This document shows, in pieces, positions 19,020 to 29,510 of a DNA stretch of 64,000 nt. Made by a program: the position numbers and the translations under genes. The DNA is taken from IMG/VR virus record IMGVR_UViG_3300029984_000001, positions 186,001 to 250,000 of that record; one strand, 5' to 3'. The notes below the pieces were generated by a model. That model was not told the origin of the DNA. It did not search any database and worked only from the letters and a program-made list of their open reading frames with translations. Position 1 is the stretch's first letter; every line of letters begins with the position of its first letter.

Positions 19020-19865
19020 ATGGGATATCTTATGAATCTATTAGAAGTAAAGAGAACAACAGGAAATGGTGAAGATGAAGATTTAAATGATGGTCAATCA
19101 AATAATGATGATGATAGTAATTATAATCTAGATGATGAAACTAATAATGATCCTGAAGGGCAACATGATATAGCCGACGGTTCAAATAATTATAACTTAG
19201 AAGATGAAACCAATACAAATCCAGAAGATGATAATGGGGGTAATCCTCCTATTGATGATAATAATGTTCCAGCTTCAGATAATGATCCCGAACACGATAC
19301 AGTAGATGGTACTAACAACTATAATTTAGAAGATGAAACTAATAAAGATCCAACTCCAGAAGATGATAACGAAATAGATGATACAAATGCTCCTGATAAT
19401 AATGATACTAATAACTATAACTTAGAAGATGAAACAAATGGTGAAGACAATACATCATCTGATACAGGTAATTTAGATGGAACAGATGGGCAACCTGTAG
19501 ATCCAGATGCTAAAATAAAAGAAATTGAACAATCTATAGGAACTCTCAATCCAGAGCAATTAAAAGTACAAAATGTGAATTTGAAGAAGCAATATATAGA
19601 ACTATATAATAATTGTAGTAATATAATAATGAGATTGAATGATGTTAATAAAAAGAGTGAAACTGAAGAAGGTTTAGCTTTCGCAATACAAAGTGTTCAA
19701 GATCTTAAAAGTATTATATATGATTATCTTATTCATACATATGATACAAAAACATTTGTACAAAATTCTGTTAATTACACCGAGTATTTAGTTACTCTTA
19801 ATTCGGTAAATAAATTATTAAATAATCTTAATACTAACAAAAATGTAAATAATGTTAAAAAGTAA
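19020..19865 (+). CDS. Putative prohead scaffold/core protein with acidic repeats
   Basis: D/N-rich low-complexity N-half with four NYNL(D/E)DET repeats and a coiled-coil C-half; immediately upstream of the capsid gene. Confidence 0.55.
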   Translation: MGYLMNLLEVKRTTGNGEDEDLNDGQSNNDDDSNYNLDDETNNDPEGQHDIADGSNNYNLEDETNTNPEDDNGGNPPIDDNNVPASDNDPEHDTVDGTNNYNLEDETNKDPTPEDDNEIDDTNAPDNNDTNNYNLEDETNGEDNTSSDTGNLDGTDGQPVDPDAKIKEIEQSIGTLNPEQLKVQNVNLKKQYIELYNNCSNIIMRLNDVNKKSETEEGLAFAIQSVQDLKSIIYDYLIHTYDTKTFVQNSVNYTEYLVTLNSVNKLLNNLNTNKNVNNVKK

Positions 19866-19897
19866 GTATTTTTTAATTTTTAATTATCGAGTTATTG

Positions 19898-19909
19898 AAC
19901 AATATAGTA
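19898..19909 (+). promoter_or_regulatory. Late-type promoter AACA-N6-TA for major capsid gene
   Basis: AACAatatagTA ~30 nt before the ATG at 19940. Confidence 0.7.
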
Positions 19910-19939
19910 AATTATTAAAGAATATAAGGAGGAATTACA

Positions 19940-21700
19940 ATGGCTACAGGAGGAACAAGAAAAAAGAAAATAGTATCTGATGGTTATAGCAATAGTCCGT
20001 TTGCAGGAATTTCAGGACAATTTAGTAAAGTTGCTAAGGAAATTCAAATACAAGAAGGTGTCGATTTATTTGGGCAACCTGCATTAGCATTAAATAATCC
20101 TAAAGTAGTAAATACTTTAGAAAGTTTCTTTATAGAAGGTACTTATGATCAAAAATTATATGATGGTACTACTAGAGGATATAATGCAAGAGCTTTACAA
20201 GAATATAAAAATGATATGAAAGAGTTATTTAAAAATGACGTTGAAGCTATTACTGAGTATACAGCAATGAATTCAGTGAACCCTATTGTTACAACAGGAT
20301 TAGCAATGCATAAATTAATTGCATTAAGAAATATATTTAGACAAGGTGTAATTCAAACTAACGTTGCAGTTGAACCTAGATTTACAATCAAGATGCAACA
20401 TAGATATTTAATAACTCCAGATGGTAAAGAATTAGATTTAGTATTAGACCAAAATAAATTATCTGATGCTTTCAATTCAATTAACCCTAAGAGAGTTGTA
20501 ACTTTAGAATTTACTGGAAATACTTGTAATACTGCTACTTTTGTTCCTGGTAAAAGATTAGTGGAATTATGTGGTGGTGTATTAGGTAGAGACAATCTAA
20601 ATACAGATACCGAAATTCATGCTATTTACATAGAAGTACCAGATGAAGCTGCTATTAAAGCAGGTACTCTTGGAGCTACTAAAATAGAAAAGATTAAAAA
20701 GAGAATTCAATTTACTCCTCAATATGGTCCTAATAATATTACAGGGTTTAATCAACCTTTAGATTTAACTAAATTCGTTGAAGGTGCAACCGATTTATTT
20801 TCAGGTACATTAACTAATAATGAAATGATGTTAATAAGTGGATTAGGAATTATAAAGAAAGTAGATATTAGAATTCAATTAGATCCTTCTAATGGTTTAC
20901 TATCAACATGTAGAGCAGGTTGGAGACATGATGAAACATTGGTCACTATTCCAAATGCTAACCCAATGAATATTCCAATATCTCCTGAAGAAATTAAGGA
21001 TATCCAAGCTATGTATGGAATAGATCAACTATCTATGTATATGTCTATAATTAATGATGTATTAGGAAATGTTAAGGATGATAGTATCAGAAAAGATTTA
21101 TATGCTTCTTTTGATAATATGAATGCGTCTGAAAGAAAAGTTAGTTGGTTTGATTTCGAACCAAGAGAAGGATATAATAGAGATCATGTAAGTTGGAGAT
21201 ATTCTTCATTCATGGATATATTTGATACATTTGTAACAGATTTATTATATATCTTGAATGATGAAGACGTTACAGTATCTATATTTGGTAGACCAGATGT
21301 AATTAGAAAGATTACTCCTACTGATTACAGCTACCAAGCACCATCTAGTATAGGACCAGTAAGTCTTGAATATACTAGAACTATTGCTACATCTGACAAC
21401 AGAGTATACAACTTTGTATCTTCTCAAAAGTTAGGAGCTAGTAATGACTTAACAGTTATTCTAAATCCAAATAATACAGATAGAATTATATATAGAGTTT
21501 ACGATTATCAATTCTACGTTTCAAATGAAATCAAGAATGCTGATAATCATGTATTACCAGGTGTTCATGCATTTGAAAGATTCAAATTCTTAGAATATCA
21601 ACCAGTACAAGGTAAGTTCAGAGTATTTAATCCATCTGGTAGAAATGATGATAATACAAAATATCAAGATCAACTTAAAGATTTAAGAGATATAGCATAA
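19940..21700 (+). CDS. Major capsid protein precursor
   Basis: 586 aa in the head module with its own promoter, strong RBS and terminator. HK97-like C-terminal features (ISPEEIKDIQAMYGID..., F.R...EYQPVQG); probable propeptide ending ITE(106). Confidence 0.8.
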   Translation: MATGGTRKKKIVSDGYSNSPFAGISGQFSKVAKEIQIQEGVDLFGQPALALNNPKVVNTLESFFIEGTYDQKLYDGTTRGYNARALQEYKNDMKELFKNDVEAITEYTAMNSVNPIVTTGLAMHKLIALRNIFRQGVIQTNVAVEPRFTIKMQHRYLITPDGKELDLVLDQNKLSDAFNSINPKRVVTLEFTGNTCNTATFVPGKRLVELCGGVLGRDNLNTDTEIHAIYIEVPDEAAIKAGTLGATKIEKIKKRIQFTPQYGPNNITGFNQPLDLTKFVEGATDLFSGTLTNNEMMLISGLGIIKKVDIRIQLDPSNGLLSTCRAGWRHDETLVTIPNANPMNIPISPEEIKDIQAMYGIDQLSMYMSIINDVLGNVKDDSIRKDLYASFDNMNASERKVSWFDFEPREGYNRDHVSWRYSSFMDIFDTFVTDLLYILNDEDVTVSIFGRPDVIRKITPTDYSYQAPSSIGPVSLEYTRTIATSDNRVYNFVSSQKLGASNDLTVILNPNNTDRIIYRVYDYQFYVSNEIKNADNHVLPGVHAFERFKFLEYQPVQGKFRVFNPSGRNDDNTKYQDQLKDLRDIA

Positions 21701-21708
21701 TATATAAT

Positions 21709-21738
21709 ACACAGCAACTTAATTGTTGCTGTGTTTTT
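21709..21738 (+). terminator. Rho-independent terminator after capsid gene
   Basis: CACAGCAAC...GTTGCTGTG TTTTT. Confidence 0.75.
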
Positions 21739-21753
21739 TAAGGAGGAATTATA

Positions 21754-22911
21754 ATGAATACTAAACCTAAATATTTTACTTACGACTTTAGTAACTTTGA
21801 TTCTTTAATGTTAAAATTAAAAGATGATCATTCTAATGATACTTTGAATGGAATCAGGGATGAACTAAATAGATTCTTTAACGATGCAAAATGTGTAAAT
21901 ATACTATACAATATTAATACAGATAAAGTGTTTTTTGGTATGTGTGTTATGCCGTCATTATTAGATAGTGATATAGATAATATGATTAAAGGAACAGATG
22001 TAAAAGTAAGAGTACAAAAGTATTATGTTGAAATAGATTCTAAGTTACTACAATTAAATATGTCTGCCAGAGAACTTACTGCATGTTTATTGCATGAAGT
22101 AGGGCATGTTATCAATGATACTTCTGGTACAGAGAAAATAAAAGATGCTGTAGCAGCCTACGTATCTAATAAAAATGAAGTCCTAGATCAATCTAATATG
22201 AATAATGATAGAGAAATATATAGACTTGGGGTTGCTTTGGGTTTATCTAAATTAAACAGTTTATTCAATAGAGATGATGATGAATTAATAGCAGATTCAT
22301 TTGTAGTTGCTTGTGGTTATGGTGATGAATTAAGTAGTGCTTATAAAAAGATAATAAACTCTACTGGTAAACTAAATAAAGGTGTTAAGAATAAATTAAT
22401 TACACTACAATGGACTCTATCTTTAATGCTTAATATGAAAGCGAGTAGAATACCTGCATTACATTCTTTAAAGGTATCTAAAAAAGTAGAACCATCTGAA
22501 TTAATAAAAAACAACATTTCTCATACTATAGACGCATTATATAAATATGATATTAAATCTATTCATGAAAATTTGGTGGATAAGATCTCCGATTACTTTG
22601 ATAATGTCTCGTACTCTGATATACGAGATATTGAGGACGAATTGTATGAATATAACATAAGAGTCAAGAATTGTGAAATAGAAGATGATGCATTAATTAT
22701 TACAAGAGAACTAAATACAAGATTATCCATATTAGATGATTTAATGATGAGTAAAAAATTAAACGATTCTAATTTTAAAAAATGTTCTGATTTAAAAAAT
22801 AGATACTTATTCATAAGAAAACAACTTACCGATAAGAAATTATATGCGGGTCGAACTCTCAGCTTGTTTGTAGATACACCTTATATTAAAGGACGTCCAG
22901 ATTTAATGTAA
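21754..22911 (+). CDS. Virion-associated zincin metalloprotease-like protein
   Basis: LLHEVGH (HExxH) and downstream ELIADSFVVACGYG (E-x-x-AD third ligand, M48-like). Confidence 0.65.
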   Translation: MNTKPKYFTYDFSNFDSLMLKLKDDHSNDTLNGIRDELNRFFNDAKCVNILYNINTDKVFFGMCVMPSLLDSDIDNMIKGTDVKVRVQKYYVEIDSKLLQLNMSARELTACLLHEVGHVINDTSGTEKIKDAVAAYVSNKNEVLDQSNMNNDREIYRLGVALGLSKLNSLFNRDDDELIADSFVVACGYGDELSSAYKKIINSTGKLNKGVKNKLITLQWTLSLMLNMKASRIPALHSLKVSKKVEPSELIKNNISHTIDALYKYDIKSIHENLVDKISDYFDNVSYSDIRDIEDELYEYNIRVKNCEIEDDALIITRELNTRLSILDDLMMSKKLNDSNFKKCSDLKNRYLFIRKQLTDKKLYAGRTLSLFVDTPYIKGRPDLM

Positions 22912-23009
22912 TATAACAATATTTATAACTTTAAAGTATATACTTGTGATAGATAACAGGTAAATTCTGTTATCTATATTTTATAAGATAAAAAAGGAGG
23001 TGAAATTTA

Positions 23010-23682
23010 ATGCAATCATTTATGTCAAGAGATCCAATTCCTATAAAAAATCACGATAAAATAGGATAAGTAAGTTACAATAATAATCAAACTTACATGG
23101 AAATAATTGATTATAAATCATATGGAAATATTGATATCATGTTGATTAACATATTATCTGATGGGACTATATATTACACAAAAAGAGAAAATAAAAGTAC
23201 TTGGGCTTTTCATAATGGAGGTATTAGTTGTATATTTGACAAAACAATATATAATGTAGGTTATATCGGAGGATATAAGTACTCATTAAACTCTAACTGT
23301 GCAACTAAATGGAGGGATATGTTGAGAAGGTCATATGATATATGGACCTAATACATGTTGTTTTTTACCAAATGATCTAAATATATTATTTAAAAAAGAA
23401 ACAAAAGAAACAGACCTACCAATAGGTGTATTTTTCATAAAAAGAGGAAAAGAAAAACCATATGGTGCAAGTATTAGTATTAATAATAAAACAAAGACTA
23501 TTGGGGTGTTTTCAACTTCAACTCCAGAAGAAGCTTTCTATGCTTATAAAGAAGCTAAAGAAGATTATATAAAAGAAATAGCAAATCATTATATGTATGA
23601 AAAAGGTGGACAATATATACCACAATATAGAGATGTCGTATATCCAGCTTTATTAAATTACAAAATAGAAATAGACGATTAA
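23010..23682 (+). pseudogene. Free-standing HNH/AP2-type homing endonuclease pseudogene
   Basis: RBS AAGGAGGTG and ATG 23010 (MQSFMSRD...KIG). In-frame TAA at 23067-23069, then a frame change and loss of the HNH core near 23340. KWRDMLRR, YGPNTCCFLP and LPIGV...YGASI...GVF...PEEAFYAYKEAKE match phage HNH-AP2 nucleases. Confidence 0.75.
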
Positions 23683-23752
23683 GTTAAAAAATACCAATAT
23701 TATAACTATAAAGTATATATAAAAATAATAAAATTTTAGGAGGATACATAAA

Positions 23753-24535
23753 ATGAGCTTTGGAGACGTAGGGAATTATAATAACAACAATAAAAAAGAG
23801 GATTACAGAGTTACGACTTATTCAATGAATACATTTAGTAATTTAAATAGTGAGGTTGAAAAGTCTAAATTATCATTTACTTTTTGGAAAGGAATGTTAA
23901 AGATATCTATAGCACCACTTTTACCATCTAATGATGATAGTGTTAAATTTAACTATGACGATGAATCATCGATTTATTTATCACCATCTTTAGCGTATCA
24001 ATTAGATAAACAAATAGAAGTATTTATGAAAGATCCGACACAATTTGAAAGTAAAGGTATTAAGACTAGAAGTTTAGGTGTAATTAAAATAATTAGAGGA
24101 ACTAAGTTTGGGATTGAAGCTCCTTTATTATTAATTGAAAAATTAGATGAAAACAGAAATGTGGTAGGCGGTCATCTATATGAATTTAATACTAAAGAAT
24201 ATTATGGAATTGATAACTTTGACGAAGATGAATTTACATTTGAAAAGACTTACTTCGAACAATTAGAAATTGATTTCTTAAAGATAACTCTTAAAGGATT
24301 CTATGAAAGTTCAACTGGAGCACAAGCATATTTTAATATGGATTATTCAAGATTCGATCAAAATAGAGTTATGGGTAAATTAAACGGTATATCATCTGCT
24401 CTTGGTATTGAGAATAAGAAAGGATATAACAAGAATTATGGTGGAGGTGTAAAGAATGATCCATTTAATTCTAATTCATCTAAGTCGAATGATAATGAAT
24501 TTAACTATGATGATATAGAAAATCAATTTGAATAA
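23753..24535 (+). CDS. Putative ssDNA-binding/replication protein
   Basis: Beta-rich core with G/N-rich linker and acidic tail (EFNYDDIENQFE); AACT-N6-TA at 23704-23715. Confidence 0.4.
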   Translation: MSFGDVGNYNNNNKKEDYRVTTYSMNTFSNLNSEVEKSKLSFTFWKGMLKISIAPLLPSNDDSVKFNYDDESSIYLSPSLAYQLDKQIEVFMKDPTQFESKGIKTRSLGVIKIIRGTKFGIEAPLLLIEKLDENRNVVGGHLYEFNTKEYYGIDNFDEDEFTFEKTYFEQLEIDFLKITLKGFYESSTGAQAYFNMDYSRFDQNRVMGKLNGISSALGIENKKGYNKNYGGGVKNDPFNSNSSKSNDNEFNYDDIENQFE

Positions 24536-24587
24536 AAATATTTTAAATGGGACTAATAATCCCATTTATTTTTATCGAGGTGAAATA

Positions 24588-25166
24588 ATGCAAGATTTAT
24601 TATTTTCTTTTAATTCAATATTTGATATTGAATTTGGTTTATATAAATTAATAATGAAAGAATATGATGAAGATTACTTTAAATTTATATTACAAGATGA
24701 TGAATATTTAAAGACTATAATTGTATTTAGAGATAATCCTAACCCATTATCGAAAATTGTAACTTCTAATACTAAAGATAAGATGAATGAATTGTTTGAA
24801 GAATTTATGAAAACTCAATATGATAAAATATTGGATAATGTCTGTACAACAGATTTGTTTATACTTTTGAATTCGTTAAAGAATACCAATAGATTTAATC
24901 CTATAATACTATGTAAAAATAAAAAAGAAGAACAATTATGTATAGAGAAAAACCTAAATCCTGTATTATATGAAAATACAATAAATTGGACTGAACTATC
25001 AGAAAGATATGATACGATGTATTTTAGATATTTTGAGGAATTAGATTTATTACAAATACAAGGAAAAAATATATACTTCTCTAATACAATATTTAATATA
25101 ATTAACAAGGACAAGCTATTATCTATAAATAACACGATAAGGTTTATAGATTTGTATAGGTTATAA
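24588..25166 (+). CDS. Hypothetical protein
   Basis: ATG at 24588 after GAGGTG, in the frame of the 24528 ORF. Confidence 0.7.
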   Translation: MQDLLFSFNSIFDIEFGLYKLIMKEYDEDYFKFILQDDEYLKTIIVFRDNPNPLSKIVTSNTKDKMNELFEEFMKTQYDKILDNVCTTDLFILLNSLKNTNRFNPIILCKNKKEEQLCIEKNLNPVLYENTINWTELSERYDTMYFRYFEELDLLQIQGKNIYFSNTIFNIINKDKLLSINNTIRFIDLYRL

Positions 25167-25187
25167 AATTTTAGGAGGAATAATAAT

Positions 25188-27107
25188 ATGAAAATCGTAA
25201 AGAATAATGTAATTAATAAGGAAGCAACGAGATTATTTCAATCAGAGACATTAAAAGGATTAGCAGAATCAATAATAACTTCAGCAGGACCACAAGGATC
25301 AGGTACTAAAATAATATTACATTTAGCAAACGATCCAGAGAGTCCTAATAGAAATGTACCTATAGTTAAATATAGTAAAGATGGTCATAGTATCTTAAGT
25401 TATATATCTCATTGTGATAATGGAATGCTTTGCAACTCTGTATGTAACGATGTTTATGAAATGACTACTTATGTAAAGAAGAAAATTGGAGATAATTCAA
25501 CCGCTACTGTATGTATGGCTTCACGAATATTTGATAATCTTGTTAAAGTAGAAACCGATACAAAACTTCCTCCAAGAGAAATAATCAAACAATTTAAAAA
25601 AGCTGTTGAAATGATTACAGTTAGAGTAAAAGAAAAAACACAAGAATTTACTCCTGAAGAAGCTTATAATATTGCATACATATCTTCTAATGGTGATGAA
25701 GAAGTTGCAAATAACATAAAACAAATTTACGAAGAATTTGGTAAAGAAGTATATATAGATATTGGAATTTCGAATGATGAACAACATAAAATGAAAATAA
25801 TGGATGGTATGAGTATTAGTACTGGATACAATAGTCCTGCTTATCGAAATGATTTGCAAAAGAATATTGCATCTATTCCAAAACCAAGAATATACTATTT
25901 CCAAAATATGATTGATACTCCTGCTCAAATTGCATTATTAGCAGCAATTGTTGTAAAAAATATAACAGATCCTTACAGAACTAATAAATTAGAAAATGTA
26001 ATTCCTACAGTAATATTAGCACCACAATTAGCTAATGATGCTATCGTTGAATTAAATGAAGTTATTAGACTTATGCAAATGTATGATAAACCTGAACATA
26101 TTAAGAACAAACCACCGTTATTAATTGTTACTGGGATATTTGAAGATGAGGCCACAGATGATATTGCTAGATTGTGTGGATGTCCTCCTATTAGAAAATA
26201 TCAAAGTTTAGAACAACTAGAAAAAGATAAAGAATCAGGTAAAGCTCCTACTACTGAAACTATTGTAGATAATTGGTATGGAAGTGCTGATGTAGTTGTA
26301 GCTGATGCTGTTAGTACTAAATTTATTAATCCATTATTAAAATATACAACTAAAGGTGAAGAGAGAAAAAGAGTATGTGAACAAAATAAAGAGAAATTTG
26401 TTCCTGCTGAAGATGATAATGAAGAAATCTTCAGTGCTCATTATAATTCATTAGTTACTGCATTAGAAGCTCAATTGGAATTAGAAATAAATAATAATGC
26501 TACTATGGATATTACAGGTTCATTAACTAGAAGAATCAATTCATTAAAAGCTAAAGTCGTAGAATATCAAGTTGGTGGTATTGCAATAGCTGATAGAGAT
26601 TCTTTAAAAGATTCAGTTTGGGATGCTATAAGAAATTGTAGATCAGCGGCTAAATCTGGTGTTGGATTAGCATGTAATATGGAAGGTTATTTTGCTTGTC
26701 TAGAAATATTGAACAATACAAAAGCAGATGATGATTCTACAGTTATCAAATTTGTAGAAATGATTCATGATTCTTATGTAGAATATATATCTTCATTATA
26801 TGAATTTACATTTGGTATTGATAAAGATGAATGTTTAAGATTATTAGAAACTAATTCTAGAACAAATGGAATAGTAGATTTATCTCAAGGATATGATAAA
26901 GAAACTGTAGATAAGGTGATATACAATACAAAAATTAAATCATCTATAAATGCAGATATAGTTACATTAGAAGCTTTATCTAAAATATTATCTTTAATGA
27001 TGACATGTGCTCAAACTCTTATACCAGAACCATTATTAGATTCATATACAGCATTTGTAGATAATAGAAAAATTCAAGATAAATTAGTTAAAACATGTAG
27101 ACTATAA
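25188..27107 (+). CDS. GroEL-like phage chaperonin
   Basis: SAGPQGS, YSKDGHSIL, IGDNSTATV, AYISSNGD, DGMSISTGYNSP and DAIRNCRSAAKSGVGLA motifs. Confidence 0.88.
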   Translation: MKIVKNNVINKEATRLFQSETLKGLAESIITSAGPQGSGTKIILHLANDPESPNRNVPIVKYSKDGHSILSYISHCDNGMLCNSVCNDVYEMTTYVKKKIGDNSTATVCMASRIFDNLVKVETDTKLPPREIIKQFKKAVEMITVRVKEKTQEFTPEEAYNIAYISSNGDEEVANNIKQIYEEFGKEVYIDIGISNDEQHKMKIMDGMSISTGYNSPAYRNDLQKNIASIPKPRIYYFQNMIDTPAQIALLAAIVVKNITDPYRTNKLENVIPTVILAPQLANDAIVELNEVIRLMQMYDKPEHIKNKPPLLIVTGIFEDEATDDIARLCGCPPIRKYQSLEQLEKDKESGKAPTTETIVDNWYGSADVVVADAVSTKFINPLLKYTTKGEERKRVCEQNKEKFVPAEDDNEEIFSAHYNSLVTALEAQLELEINNNATMDITGSLTRRINSLKAKVVEYQVGGIAIADRDSLKDSVWDAIRNCRSAAKSGVGLACNMEGYFACLEILNNTKADDDSTVIKFVEMIHDSYVEYISSLYEFTFGIDKDECLRLLETNSRTNGIVDLSQGYDKETVDKVIYNTKIKSSINADIVTLEALSKILSLMMTCAQTLIPEPLLDSYTAFVDNRKIQDKLVKTCRL

Positions 27108-27120
27108 TAATTAAAGTATT

Positions 27121-27152
27121 ACCGATGGATTAGTTTCCATCGGTTATTTTTA
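27121..27152 (+). terminator. Rho-independent terminator
   Basis: ACCGATGGA...TCCATCGGT TATTTTT. Confidence 0.75.
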
Positions 27153-27162
27153 CGGAGGTGTT

Positions 27163-27960
27163 GTGTTAATGGAAATGTCGTTCCCCGATTATATTGATAA
27201 TCCTTCAGGAAGTAAAAATGGTGTATGGACTCATAGAACAATGTATAAAGATATGTATAATCAAAAACTTACTAAGATATTAGTAAGAGAAACTGGTAAG
27301 ATTAAATATCAACAATATGTATATAAAGACAATTACATTGTTCATTTTAAAATACCATCAGAAGTGATACCTGATTTCTATTATGATACTGTAATAGAGT
27401 TTTCTCCTGTAGATCAAATGATGATCAATAGTAACAATCTTAAAAGATATAATGTTAAATTTTATTCTAACGATCCTGCTTTTGTATTCACATTCGCTTA
27501 TTCGTTTTTACAGAATGATATGTTTATAAGAGACCTAGTTCCAAGAATGAGTAAAGAGGCTGTTAAAAAAGCTGCTGTACAAACTAACCCTAAGAATGAA
27601 GTTGGTTATGTAAAGTCTATTTATTTTACTTATATACTAATGGATAAATATAATCTATGGAATGCACAGGATTATAAACAATATGGTAAAATATATTCAA
27701 AATCATCATTCTTAAAAGAAATTACTCATGCAGATGAAAAAGTAAAAGATAGAACTGATCAACAAGAAAAAATTAATAAAGAGAAAAAAATAGACAAAGA
27801 GAAATTAAAGAATAGATCTAAATCAAATCCTAAAAATGTAACGAGTAGTAATAATGTTACAACTTCAAATAATATAAAGAATAATTCTAAATCTAAAAAT
27901 GTTAGTACAATTAAAAACATAGGAAAAAGTAAAGGTAATGTCAATTTTAATAAGTTTTAG
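27163..27960 (+). CDS. Hypothetical protein with basic low-complexity tail
   Basis: 265 aa; GTG start after GGAGGTG. Confidence 0.7.
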   Translation: MLMEMSFPDYIDNPSGSKNGVWTHRTMYKDMYNQKLTKILVRETGKIKYQQYVYKDNYIVHFKIPSEVIPDFYYDTVIEFSPVDQMMINSNNLKRYNVKFYSNDPAFVFTFAYSFLQNDMFIRDLVPRMSKEAVKKAAVQTNPKNEVGYVKSIYFTYILMDKYNLWNAQDYKQYGKIYSKSSFLKEITHADEKVKDRTDQQEKINKEKKIDKEKLKNRSKSNPKNVTSSNNVTTSNNIKNNSKSKNVSTIKNIGKSKGNVNFNKF

Positions 27961-27995
27961 AATTATATATTATACTATTGAGGAGGGATTATATT

Positions 27996-29510
27996 ATGAA
28001 AAAATTTATGACTAGAGAACCTATTAAAAAATTCATTAATGTTTCAGATTGGGAACCTGAACCAGAAGACATAATAATAAATCAGATAAACGATTATGTA
28101 TTAATTCCTGTATCTAAATACTTTAATGCAGATCAAACAATGGATTATTTTTCAGTAAGATCAAAGAAAGTTTATAATAAAATTAAAGTAAGAGCTTTAA
28201 TAGTACATAAACTTAATTATTTCGAAAAGTTCTATGATACTGATAGAGAGTTATTAACTGTTTATGCTAATATTAAATACCTTATTGATTGTGAACCGAA
28301 TTATAGTAAAGATGCATTGTTCTATGATCTCAAAAGATACATAATAAATGGACCATCCATATCATTAAAAATGGATTATATGAATAAGGATAATTATAGA
28401 CCAGCTAAAATTAAATTTAGTGGTACAGATAGGTTATTATATTATGATAATACTCATATAGCTATAATGATGAGGATATCATTAACAATGACATTAATTA
28501 TTCCTTTATTAACACACTTCGCTAATAAAAGGAAAGTTCAAATAATAGATGAATTTCTATTAGAAATATACAGTTACATAATAAAGGAGTATGAAGATTT
28601 TGTAGATTTATTTGAAAAATTTACAGCAACTTGTTCTACTAATATAGCTAAGAATAAAAGAAACAATGCTATATGGAATAACCAAGACATAAGAGCTATT
28701 AATCAATCAACACATGCAATATATTCTGTCAATAATATTATACTTAATCTTATGCCTAAGTATATATATAATGATAGTCCAGTTACGCTTAATTATGCTA
28801 GTATAGGACAGGTAATAAAATATAAGGTAACCGACGCAGGATATGATTTTGCATATACTTCTTTATCATCTTCAGATAGGGATTTAGATGAAAATTCGTC
28901 TCTAGACAAATATGAGGCAATTCTTGTAAAAAGTGACGAATCACTATTCATTCAGAATAAGGTTAATGGTGCTACTACAATGTCTAGAATAAGAATGTAT
29001 TTTGGTCCTTTCGATCAAAATGAAATTGAGTTCTATAGAAAAAGACTTTTATTAGATGATAAGAGTGTTATACATGCTTTACAAAAAGAATTAATTTTTA
29101 ATATGTTCTATAAATACTTTGGTGATACTTCCTCTAGTAATACTATAACAGAAGATGATTATATAGTATTATTATTAACAGCTAAGAAGATTTGTTTACA
29201 ATCAGACTTACTTGTTTTACCTTGTGTGTTTAGTAGTAAGATAATCAAATATACAAAGAAAACAAAGTTAAATAAAAAAGAAAAAGATAGGATGATTGCT
29301 TCTCCTATTTATAAAATGATTATGGAGAAATATAATAATAATAAAAAGGTAGAAGCTCAAATAGAAGAATGGGCAGCCACTATATTATCATGTGAATTTG
29401 AAATTATAGATAGTAATAGAGAATCAAATAGTACTGATTATGTTGTACTACCTAAGTTTCCTGATTATGTAGTAAATGAGGTATTGAAATTTGCTTCTTG
29501 GGTATCATAA
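27996..29510 (+). CDS. Probable sigma-like promoter-specificity subunit of non-virion RNAP (AR9 gp226/phiKZ gp68-like)
   Basis: ~504 aa all-helical protein with an early-type promoter at 27963-27975. It lies two genes after the chaperonin, as recalled for AR9 gp228/gp226. Assignment is mostly by synteny and size. Confidence 0.45.
   Translation: MKKFMTREPIKKFINVSDWEPEPEDIIINQINDYVLIPVSKYFNADQTMDYFSVRSKKVYNKIKVRALIVHKLNYFEKFYDTDRELLTVYANIKYLIDCEPNYSKDALFYDLKRYIINGPSISLKMDYMNKDNYRPAKIKFSGTDRLLYYDNTHIAIMMRISLTMTLIIPLLTHFANKRKVQIIDEFLLEIYSYIIKEYEDFVDLFEKFTATCSTNIAKNKRNNAIWNNQDIRAINQSTHAIYSVNNIILNLMPKYIYNDSPVTLNYASIGQVIKYKVTDAGYDFAYTSLSSSDRDLDENSSLDKYEAILVKSDESLFIQNKVNGATTMSRIRMYFGPFDQNEIEFYRKRLLLDDKSVIHALQKELIFNMFYKYFGDTSSSNTITEDDYIVLLLTAKKICLQSDLLVLPCVFSSKIIKYTKKTKLNKKEKDRMIASPIYKMIMEKYNNNKKVEAQIEEWAATILSCEFEIIDSNRESNSTDYVVLPKFPDYVVNEVLKFASWVS

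Noticed and set aside
19120-19445. Spaced repeats as a CRISPR array
   Set aside because: The copies differ at synonymous positions, spacing is irregular, they are in frame in a CDS, and no cas genes are present. No CRISPR array was seen in the window.
23067-23069. In-frame TAA as a sign of stop-codon reassignment
   Set aside because: All core genes are full length under code 11, and TAA, TAG and TGA all end genes before terminators or next starts. This gene also has a deletion, so it is a pseudogene.
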